Shown piece after piece: positions 15,536-23,739 of a DNA stretch of 32,000 nucleotides; position 1 is the first letter of the stretch, and the number at the start of each line of letters is the position of its first letter. The DNA is from Deltaproteobacteria bacterium. GTDB taxonomy: Bacteria; Desulfobacterota; DSM-4660; Desulfatiglandales; B25-G16. The position numbers and the translations under genes were made by a program. The stretch covers positions 4,812,889 through 4,844,888 of the forward strand of contig CP070673.1 in the NCBI GenBank assembly GCA_020351915.1, read 5' to 3'. The notes beneath the pieces were generated by a model, which saw only the letters and a program-made list of their open reading frames with translations, was not told the DNA's origin and searched no databases.

Positions 15536-16717
15536 ATGGGTGGAATAAAGGATAAAATTGCGATCGTAGGCATGGGTTGCAGCAAGTTTGGAGAGCTTTG
15601 GGATAAAAGCCAGAATGATCTTATGATAGAGTCTTGCTATGAGGCATTGGATGATGCAGGGATTGATACAAAGGATATCCAGGCAGCCTGGTTGGCGACG
15701 GCCGAAAGCGGTCGAACGGGGATGAGACTTGCCCGGGCATTGAAGACCGATTACATCCCTGTGACCAGAGTTGAGAATCTCTGCGCCAGCGGAACCGATG
15801 CAATGCGCCAGGCCTGTTATGCAGTGGCGGCGGGGATATACGATATTGTCCTTGTCTGTGGATTCGAAAAGTTGAAGGATACGAAAGATCTCTTTGGAGG
15901 CAGCCTCGAGGGGCCTTGGAACACCAAGATTGATCCCAATTTGCCGCCGGCTACAGCATACGCTTTGGCAGCTAACCGGTATTTTCACCAGTACGGTTTA
16001 AGCCCTGAGGAGGGTAAGGAGATATTAGGCAAGATTGCCGTAAAGAATCATCGTAATGGGAGTCTGAATCCCAAGGCCCATTTCCAAAGGGAGATCACCC
16101 TGGAACAGGCCATAAAAGCCCCTATGATTGCCGCCCCGTTGGGGTTATATGATTGCTGTGCTGTGAGTGATGGATCAGCCGCGGCTGTGATTACTAGGGC
16201 TGAGCTAGCCAAAAAACTCAGGGATGACTATGTCCTGGTTAAGTCGGTTCAAGTGGTTACTGGTGCTTATGAAAGGCCATTACAAAACGATGCGGATTTT
16301 GTCCATTTTGAGGAAAATGTGGTCGCTGCTAACTTGGCTTATAAAGAAGCTGGAATCACTGATCCACGAAAGGAGATCGACTTGGCCATTGTTCATGACT
16401 GCTTTACAATCACTGAATTAATCATCTACGAAGACCTGGGGTTCAGCCCTCGCGGACAGGCCAAAGAGGATGTCAATGCAGGCACCTTCGAGTTGGGTGG
16501 AGGACTGCCGGTGAATACTGACGGAGGGTTGAAATGTTTCGGCCATCCTATTGGCGCAAGCGGTTTGAGAATGCTGTACGAGGCGTATAAGCAATTACAG
16601 GACAAAGCTGGTCCCCGTCAGGTGAAAAATGCCAACATAGCTTTGACGCACAACATAGCTGGGACTCCACGTGAATCATCTGTTTCTGGAATAACCATTT
16701 TAGGGCGTAGGAACTAG
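15536..16717 (+). CDS. SCP-x/archaeal-type thiolase (thiolase-like, non-FadA type), copy 1
   Basis: 393 aa. Motifs: VAIVGMGCSKFGE, nucleophile region VENLCASGTDA, IVHDCFTITE and NTDGGLKCFGHPIGASGLRM. RBS AGGAGG. Starts 21 nt after the upstream fusion gene. Confidence 0.9.
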   Translation: MGGIKDKIAIVGMGCSKFGELWDKSQNDLMIESCYEALDDAGIDTKDIQAAWLATAESGRTGMRLARALKTDYIPVTRVENLCASGTDAMRQACYAVAAGIYDIVLVCGFEKLKDTKDLFGGSLEGPWNTKIDPNLPPATAYALAANRYFHQYGLSPEEGKEILGKIAVKNHRNGSLNPKAHFQREITLEQAIKAPMIAAPLGLYDCCAVSDGSAAAVITRAELAKKLRDDYVLVKSVQVVTGAYERPLQNDADFVHFEENVVAANLAYKEAGITDPRKEIDLAIVHDCFTITELIIYEDLGFSPRGQAKEDVNAGTFELGGGLPVNTDGGLKCFGHPIGASGLRMLYEAYKQLQDKAGPRQVKNANIALTHNIAGTPRESSVSGITILGRRN

Positions 16718-16965
16718 GAAAAGTGACTTTAGACCTTAACCGCTCATCCAAATAAGTTTAGACCCACCAATTCGGTATTCTGATATGGAACATTTGCTTT
16801 GCAAATTCTGGCATTCGAGGTTTCTCCCGTAATCCTGCGGGATGATTGAAGTGAAGTAACTTGTTTGTCGAGGGATTTCCTTTTTTCACCCTCTCTTAAG
16901 CTCTTCTCTTTGAAGGGAGAGGGCCGAATAAAGGCATTAACTTGCTTTAGTTAAGGAGGCGTATA

Positions 16966-18963
16966 ATGAAAGAATTGAAACAAGTAACCGTTTTGGGTGC
17001 TGGTGCTATGGGAGGCGGATTGGCCTTATTATGCTCCGAGTCCGGGTTTGATGTAAAAGTGAGAGATATCGAAGAGGAGTATCTAGAGAAAGGACGTAAT
17101 ACCATTGAAAATCAATTAGATAGGAGAATAAAGAGGGGGAAGTTCACAGAGGAAGGCAAGAACAATGTGCTCGGCAGGATACAATTTACCACAGATTTAA
17201 AAGAGGCCGTAAAAGACGCGGACTATATCATAGAGGCCGTAACTGAAGAAATGGATATAAAGCAAAAATTATTTAAAGAGGTTCACCAATATGCACCCAA
17301 GCATGCCATCTTTGGCTCCAATACCTCCTCCTTTGTAATTAGTGAAATCGCTGCGGCTATTCCTGAGCCAGAGAGAGTCATAGGTATTCATTTCTTCAAC
17401 CCTCCGAGCGCCATGAAACTCTTAGAAATCATTTATGGAGAGAAGACCAGTGAGGAAACGATCAAGGTGACAGATGAGTTTGCGAAGTTATTAGGCAGAG
17501 AAGTCATCTATTGTTTAAAGGATAGCCCAGGTTTTGTAACCACTCGCCTCATTACCATAATGATTAGTGAGTCTGGATGGGCAGTGGACTTGGACGGCGC
17601 GAATATACCTGAGGTGGATGCAGCCTTGAAATACAGGCTGGGACTTCCCATGGGCATGTTTGAGTTCAGTGACGTTCTAGGTGGAGGAGGTGGTGTTGCG
17701 TTACAGCATAAAGTGACACGCTATCTGAGCAGCAAGTTAGGGGAGACTTACAGAAATGCACCTATCATGGAAAAGAAGTATGAGTCAGGTGAATGGGGCG
17801 TGACCAGCGGGAAGGGATTTTATGATTGGTCAGAAGGCAAGAAAAACGAGATCCCCTTCAAATTAGCGAGCAATTTTGATCCCATCAGGATCTTGGCCCC
17901 CTTGGCTAACGAGGCTGTTAAGCTCGTCGAAAATGGGATAATGACAAAGGAGGATCTAGACAAGGCTTTGATACTTGGCCTTGGCTTTCCAAGGGGCCTT
18001 CTTAGAATGGCCGACAGCATCGGCCTGGATAAGATAGTCACAAAGGTTAATGAACTGTTTGATACCCACAAGGAGGAAAGGTATAGATGCTCTCCCATGT
18101 TGGCTAGCCTTGTTAAAAAAGGAAACCTGGGAAGAAAAACAGGCGACGGCATTTATTCATATGGGCCAGGAGAATATGAGTTTATTACCTTGGATTTCGA
18201 TAAGAAAAAAGGGATCGCTAAGCTAACCATCAACCGGCCCCTCCGGGCAAACGCCCTCAATGTTGACTGTTTTTCAGAGATAAATAAGGCATTAGATGCC
18301 TTTGAAGCGAGCGATGAAGTCAAGTGTTTAGTTATTACAGGAGCGGGAAGAGTTTTTTGTGCGGGGGCTGACATCTCCATGTTTGGTGCAAGGGATGTGA
18401 CGGAGTTGCTGAATATGAGTACCCCGGTTCAGGAATTGCTAACAAGACTTGAGACCCTGAACAAACCTGTAATCGCCGCAATAAACGGGGCTTGCCTGGG
18501 AGGCGGTCTGGAGCTGGCAATCGCATGTGATTTGAGGATCGCCAAAGAAGGCGCGATCTTGGGCTTTCCTGAGGCGAATCTTGGGATTTTCCCTGGGGCG
18601 GGTGGCACGCAGCGTGTTACCAGATTAATTGGACTAGCCCGGGCCAAGGAGCTTGTCCTAATGGCCCAAAACATAACAGCTCAGAAGGCCCTAGATTGGG
18701 GATTGGTGAACGCGGTCGCCGAGCCGGATAAGTTTGAATCTACGGTTGAGGAGATGGCTCAAACGCTGGCAGATAAGGCCAGCTTGGCCCAAGGTATAGC
18801 CAAACGAGTGATGTATTATGGAGCTCAAGCAGACCAAAGAACGGCCCTTTTTCTGGAGGGTTTTAGCTCTCCTCCGGCAATTCTGTCTGATGATGCCAGC
18901 GAAGGCATTACAGCGTTTATGTACAGGCGCAAACCCAACTTTGGAGCAAAGAATGAGAAGTGA
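16966..18963 (+). CDS. Bifunctional 3-hydroxyacyl-CoA dehydrogenase (N-terminal) / enoyl-CoA hydratase (C-terminal) fusion
   Basis: 665 aa. The N-terminal Rossmann motif is VTVLGAGAMGGGLA, followed by GSNTSS and HFFNPPSAMKLLEI (HACD signatures). The C-terminal crotonase fold has ITGAGRVFCAGADI, GGGLELAIACDLRIA and PEANLGIFPGAGGTQR (both hydratase Glu positions present). TAAGGAGG RBS. Confidence 0.9.
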   Translation: MKELKQVTVLGAGAMGGGLALLCSESGFDVKVRDIEEEYLEKGRNTIENQLDRRIKRGKFTEEGKNNVLGRIQFTTDLKEAVKDADYIIEAVTEEMDIKQKLFKEVHQYAPKHAIFGSNTSSFVISEIAAAIPEPERVIGIHFFNPPSAMKLLEIIYGEKTSEETIKVTDEFAKLLGREVIYCLKDSPGFVTTRLITIMISESGWAVDLDGANIPEVDAALKYRLGLPMGMFEFSDVLGGGGGVALQHKVTRYLSSKLGETYRNAPIMEKKYESGEWGVTSGKGFYDWSEGKKNEIPFKLASNFDPIRILAPLANEAVKLVENGIMTKEDLDKALILGLGFPRGLLRMADSIGLDKIVTKVNELFDTHKEERYRCSPMLASLVKKGNLGRKTGDGIYSYGPGEYEFITLDFDKKKGIAKLTINRPLRANALNVDCFSEINKALDAFEASDEVKCLVITGAGRVFCAGADISMFGARDVTELLNMSTPVQELLTRLETLNKPVIAAINGACLGGGLELAIACDLRIAKEGAILGFPEANLGIFPGAGGTQRVTRLIGLARAKELVLMAQNITAQKALDWGLVNAVAEPDKFESTVEEMAQTLADKASLAQGIAKRVMYYGAQADQRTALFLEGFSSPPAILSDDASEGITAFMYRRKPNFGAKNEK

Positions 18964-19032
18964 GATGGGATAGTCCAATTAGATTAAGAAAAGAGGAAAG
19001 ATTCGAGGGTATGAAGGAACAAGGAGAAAACA

Positions 19033-20430
19033 ATGGTTGGTATTACGTCATATGGTGCTTATATACCCTTCTTGAGGCTGGACAAAGCTGCCCTTCGAGC
19101 TAAAGGAGAAAAGGCTGTAGCTAATTTTGACGAGGACAGCATAACCATGGCGGTAGCTGCGGGTGTCGACTGTGTAGAGGGTTTTGACAGCACTGGTATA
19201 AACGGGCTCTTTTTGGCTACGACGACATCGCCTTATAAGGAGAAGCAGGCTGCTGCGACAGTTGCCCTGGCCATGGATTTGCCCAGTGAGATTCGGACTG
19301 CTGATTTTGGTGGCTCTTTGAGGGCGGGAACAGCGGCTTTGGGGTCGGCGATAGATGGTATTCAAAGCGGTTCTATGAAAAGCGTGATGGTCATTGCATC
19401 AGATTGCCGGATGGGTTCTCCTAAAAGCCAGTATGAACAGTTGGTTGGGGATGGAGCTGCCGCGTTACTATTGGGAGATAGCGGTGTCATTGCTAGTGTG
19501 GAGGGCAGTTATTCTATCTCGAATGAAATATTGGACGTATGGAGAAAGGATGGGGATCCTTTTATTAAGTGGTGGGAAGACCGTTTTATTCTGAGCCAAG
19601 GGTATCAGGAGGTCGTACAGAGGTGTGTTTCAGGTTTGATGCAGAAATATGGGGTAACTGCCAAGGACTTTACAAAGGTTATCTTATATGCACCAAACCC
19701 GAGGGTTCCTGTCGGTTTGGCAAAGAGGTTGGGTTTTGATATTGAGAACCAGGTTCAGGATCCGTTGCTTATGATGGTAGGCAACACAGGGGCTGCCTCT
19801 GTTATGATGATGCTGGTGTCAGCCCTAGAAGAAGCCAAGGTGGGAGATAGGTTTTTGGTAATCAGTTATGGTGATGGCTGTGACAGTTATATTTTTCGGG
19901 CTACGGAGAAGATCAAGGACCTTAAAGAGAGGCGTGGGGTTAAGGGCCATATAACATCCAAACAGGTGCTATCAAGCTATGAGAAATATGATATGTTGCG
20001 TCATCTTACTCCAGTTGAGGGCAATCCGATGGTACAGCACATGTTAGCCTCGGCCGTAGCCATATGGAGGGAACGGAAAAAGAACATTGCCTTTTATGGT
20101 AAAAAGTGCAAGCAGTGTGGGACGCCACAGTATCCGCCTCAGCGGATATGCACCGTGTGTCAGAGCAAGGATGAGATGGAAGATTATCGATTTTCCGACA
20201 AAAAGGGTAAGGTTTTCACATACACCTGGACGGCTGCTGCCCCTGTGGGGGATCCGCCACTGGTTTATGCTATTGTGGATTTTGAAGGAGGAGGAAGGAT
20301 TTTCACCGAGATGACTGACAGGGATCTTTCCAAGCTTGAAGTAGGTATGCCGGTAGAGATGACATTCAGGAAGATGCAGATACCGGGGGCTTTCCACGAC
20401 TACTTTTGGAAATGTAGGCCGTTGAGATAG
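19033..20430 (+). CDS. Fusion protein: HMG-CoA synthase-like domain + C-terminal DUF35 zinc-ribbon/OB-fold domain, copy 2
   Basis: 465 aa, colinear with 14105-15514 over the full length. Shared strings include SYGAY(V/I)P, FDEDS(L/I)TMAV, PYKEKQ, ASDCR(L/M)G, GDGA, WEDRFI(Q/L)SQGY, GNTG and SYGDG. The zinc ribbon is CKQCGTPQYPPQRICTVC and the tail is VGMPVEMTFRK..YFWKC(A/R)PLR. Confidence 0.85.
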   Translation: MVGITSYGAYIPFLRLDKAALRAKGEKAVANFDEDSITMAVAAGVDCVEGFDSTGINGLFLATTTSPYKEKQAAATVALAMDLPSEIRTADFGGSLRAGTAALGSAIDGIQSGSMKSVMVIASDCRMGSPKSQYEQLVGDGAAALLLGDSGVIASVEGSYSISNEILDVWRKDGDPFIKWWEDRFILSQGYQEVVQRCVSGLMQKYGVTAKDFTKVILYAPNPRVPVGLAKRLGFDIENQVQDPLLMMVGNTGAASVMMMLVSALEEAKVGDRFLVISYGDGCDSYIFRATEKIKDLKERRGVKGHITSKQVLSSYEKYDMLRHLTPVEGNPMVQHMLASAVAIWRERKKNIAFYGKKCKQCGTPQYPPQRICTVCQSKDEMEDYRFSDKKGKVFTYTWTAAAPVGDPPLVYAIVDFEGGGRIFTEMTDRDLSKLEVGMPVEMTFRKMQIPGAFHDYFWKCRPLR

Positions 20431-20442
20431 AGAGGGGATCAA

Positions 20443-21630
20443 ATGGAGAGCATTGAGGACAAGGTTGCTATCGTTGGTATGGGTTGTACCAAATTCGGGG
20501 AGCTATGGGACAAGAGTGGTGATGATTTGCTGATCGATGCAACTTATGAAGCCCTTGAGGATGCCGGGATTGGACCCGAGGATGTTCAGGCGGCATGGTT
20601 TGGGACGGCTTGGTCCGGTCTCACTGCTTTAAACGTGAGTGTTCCTCTGAAGACACAATACATTCCGGTGACCAGGGTGGAAAATATATGTGCTACCGCA
20701 ACTGAGGCTTTGCGAGCGGCCATTTATGCCATAGCAGCCGGGGCGTGTGACGTGGCTCTGGCCGTTGGTATGGAAAAGCTGAAGGATACCTTCGGCGTTG
20801 TGGGCCCACAGGGGTCAGATATTGGCATTTCCTCAATGGGAACTTCGGGCATAGAAAGGATTCACATTCCGACCGTTTATTACTCGATGCTTGCGGTGAG
20901 GTATTTTCATCGCTATGGAATGAGTGTGGAAAAAGGTAAGGAGCTTATTGCTCGAATCCCCGTGAAGAGTCACCATAATGCCTCGATGAATCCGAAGGCT
21001 CATTTTCGGAATGAAATAACGATGGATCAGGTCCTCAAGGCTCCGATCATTGCGTATCCATTGGGATTACTTGATTGCTGTGGGTATAGTGATGGGGCAG
21101 CAGCGGCCGTAGTGACGAGGGCGGACATGGCAAAGAGTTTTCGAGATGACCCTATCTCTATCAAGGCCTTATCCGTGAACGTGGGGGCTCGTCAGGGTTT
21201 CCTGCAGCAGGATTACGACTATACCCATGTGGAGGCAAATCGTCGTGCCGCCCAAGCCGCCTATAAAGAGGCAGGGATAAGCAATCCTCTTAAGGAACTG
21301 TCTATGGCCGAGGTTCATGATTGTTTTTCGATTCATGAGTTGGTCATCTATGAGGATCTTCAATTTTGCCCTCCTGGCGGAGCCAAAGAATATATCGAGG
21401 GCGGTGTCTTTGAACTGGATGGAGAGCTGCCGGTCAATACTGATGGTGGCCTAAAGTGTTTTGGCCACCCGTTTGGGGCCAGCGGTTTGAGGATGATCTA
21501 TGAAGCGTATTTGCAGTTGCAAGGGAAGGCCGGTCCTCGTCAGGTGAAGGATCCCCAGCTTGCATTATGTCATAATCTTGGAGGTGGCCCGGGCCAGGGC
21601 ATTGGCAGTGTAGTTATCTTTGGAAATTGA
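20443..21630 (+). CDS. SCP-x/archaeal-type thiolase, copy 2
   Basis: 395 aa, colinear with 15536-16717. Motifs: VAIVGMGCTKFGE, VENICATATEA, EVHDCFSIHE and NTDGGLKCFGHPFGASGLRM. Starts 12 nt after the upstream fusion gene. Confidence 0.9.
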   Translation: MESIEDKVAIVGMGCTKFGELWDKSGDDLLIDATYEALEDAGIGPEDVQAAWFGTAWSGLTALNVSVPLKTQYIPVTRVENICATATEALRAAIYAIAAGACDVALAVGMEKLKDTFGVVGPQGSDIGISSMGTSGIERIHIPTVYYSMLAVRYFHRYGMSVEKGKELIARIPVKSHHNASMNPKAHFRNEITMDQVLKAPIIAYPLGLLDCCGYSDGAAAAVVTRADMAKSFRDDPISIKALSVNVGARQGFLQQDYDYTHVEANRRAAQAAYKEAGISNPLKELSMAEVHDCFSIHELVIYEDLQFCPPGGAKEYIEGGVFELDGELPVNTDGGLKCFGHPFGASGLRMIYEAYLQLQGKAGPRQVKDPQLALCHNLGGGPGQGIGSVVIFGN

Positions 21631-22008
21631 GTCTTTGAAGAATTCGAGACTTTCAAGCGAGTTATCGGAGGGGGGCCCAGAGGGCAGGAGGATTGATCCG
21701 GACGCAGAACTTCAGAGCCATTGTGTCCTGGTTGCCAATAAGGTCGATTCAGCTGGATGCAGGCGCTTTTTAAGCAATATCGCAAAATAGGGGTTACTTG
21801 AGGAAAATCTAAGTTGCTGCTGATTCGGCTTACATGGATGGAGGCTGGGATCAATGGTCCTAGATTAATTGATTTTTTCAACTGTTAAAGATCAGTTAGG
21901 GACAGGGGAGCACAGGTCCGTTTACCCTGTTAAACGGGAGAATTCAACCTCAGGTGATGGTTGAGAACAGAAGCGGGTACTAAAAGGAAGGCAACTACAC
22001 TCTGTCTG

Positions 22009-22306
22009 TTATTTTCCAGGGCAGCGCCATTCTAAGGCATCATATGCCTTCCTATGGCTCCCATCCTTGGGCTGGTAAACGATTTTTGACTCTTCAGGGA
22101 TATAGGTCATCGTCTCTTGGGAGATACCCGGATGCCTCGCATTGTGAAGCACTGCGTGCAGGGAGCACAGATGTATAAGGAGGCAGCTTTTCCGTGGCCT
22201 CTTCCTCTCTATAGAAATAGCCCCCATCGCTACCACCCCGATTGAAAAGATACATATATTCGATATGCTTCGGCTCAGCCTCTGCCATCCATCCACAAGG
22301 TGACAA
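22009..22306 (-). pseudogene. Remnant of an IS91-family-like (Y2 transposase) gene, frameshifted and truncated
   Basis: The minus-strand frame gives ..AVLHNARHPGISQETMTYIPEESKIVYQPKDGSHRKAYDALEW then a stop. This resembles the conserved C-terminal transposase pattern (R)Y.ARPP(I/F)(S/A)QERL.Y.PE.G.V.Y..K.......(L/A)LEF as I recall it. A second overlapping frame (22094-22306) and the very short length indicate decay. By-eye match only. Confidence 0.35.
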
Positions 22307-22452
22307 TGGGGGCTATCTGCTTCTCAGAAATCAACACATTATTAATTGGTCCCTCAAGGATCCTGATTCCATTAACCTCCGCCCGGCAACGAAACTTCGT
22401 CGTGTGGAAAGATCCAAAAAGAGCATTCACCAAACCATCCACTCTACGAGTG

Positions 22453-23739
22453 TTATTTGATCGCCTTCAATCCTGAAGGGAGCTGAATCTTCGCTTCGGC
22501 TATCGACTCAGGATAGATAACGACCATTTGGCCATCCTTAGTCCACTGAATCACGCATGCCATAGCCGCCTCTTTGGGATCGAAACCATAAGGAACCTGA
22601 TGCCCCTCATCAAACCTGATCCTTCCCATAACGCCCATTCGATCGGTCTTTTCAACCTCGGCTACAATTGCATCAGGGTCAAGGCTGCCCGCCCGTTCGA
22701 TCGCCTCAGCAAGAACATAGACAGCCTCATAGGAAGGTGCTGGCCCATGACCGACTGGCCCAGGTGGATACTCCCCCCATCTCTTCACAAAGGCATCATA
22801 AAAGGCTATGGATTTGGGCATCTTCTTCGCCCCCGTCCCACTTCCTACTTCCAAAGCCATATCAATGCAACCAGCGATCTTTCCGTCATAGTGCTTCCAG
22901 GCCCCACGATAAGCGAATTGTGTTGACTGGCCGGTCATGAGTGCTGGGATTTTCATTGATATCCACAGCTTGGTCAGGATGCTGGCCTCGGCCATACTAA
23001 AAAAGGTCAAGAGCACCTGAGCCCTCTCGGCCTTCGCCTTCATCAGTCCGGTTGAGAAATCGGTACTGCCCGAAGGATAAATATCTTGACCTAAAACGGC
23101 CCAACCGTTTTTATCAAACCATCCGGCCATCATTTCAGCGCTTTTCCTCGCGAACATTACATCTTGAACATACAAATACACCCTATTAAAACCGAACTCC
23201 TTATTTATCTCAGCCATCAGACCGGATAAATACATCCCGGCATACCTGGAGGTAAGGCACAGTCTGAAGATGTATTTGTACTTCTCAGGATTTTCTCTTA
23301 TCCGCGCCTCAGACGCTGGGCTCATGGCGATACTACCCAACATGGGAACCTTGTGCTTTGCTATAATATCCATACTGGCAAGAAGGACCTCTGAGCGGAA
23401 TGGCCCGACCACTATAGCGTGGACCTTCTTCTCCAGTATGGTCTTTTCCAATGCCAAAAGACCCTCAGTTACCGGGACCCCCGGCTCTGCGCCCCGGGTG
23501 TCAGCAGTTACGATTTTAAAAGGTCTTCTGGTTGATCCGACCTTAACCCCTCCTTTGGCGTTAATCTCGTCGACAGCCAGCTGCACTGCCTTATAGCTGA
23601 GGTCGCCTGCAAAGAATTTTAAAGAGGTAACTACGCCCAGCACTATAGGCTCAGCTGCCCGGCCAACACCTCCAGTTAAGTTAATAGAAAAGCACATGAC
23701 GGCAAAAAACACAATGAGTACCTGAAGGATTCTTTTCAT
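22453..23739 (-). CDS. Periplasmic/extracytoplasmic substrate-binding protein of a Liv-type (branched-chain amino acid / aromatic acid) ABC transporter
   Basis: The N-terminal signal peptide is MKRILQVLIVFFAVMCFSINLTGGVGRA/AEP. The type-I periplasmic binding fold pattern is IVLGVV...AVQLAVDEINAKGGV. The ATG at 23739 lies 8 nt after GGAGG and is preferred over the track start at 23754. Confidence 0.85.
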   Translation of the reverse strand: MKRILQVLIVFFAVMCFSINLTGGVGRAAEPIVLGVVTSLKFFAGDLSYKAVQLAVDEINAKGGVKVGSTRRPFKIVTADTRGAEPGVPVTEGLLALEKTILEKKVHAIVVGPFRSEVLLASMDIIAKHKVPMLGSIAMSPASEARIRENPEKYKYIFRLCLTSRYAGMYLSGLMAEINKEFGFNRVYLYVQDVMFARKSAEMMAGWFDKNGWAVLGQDIYPSGSTDFSTGLMKAKAERAQVLLTFFSMAEASILTKLWISMKIPALMTGQSTQFAYRGAWKHYDGKIAGCIDMALEVGSGTGAKKMPKSIAFYDAFVKRWGEYPPGPVGHGPAPSYEAVYVLAEAIERAGSLDPDAIVAEVEKTDRMGVMGRIRFDEGHQVPYGFDPKEAAMACVIQWTKDGQMVVIYPESIAEAKIQLPSGLKAIK

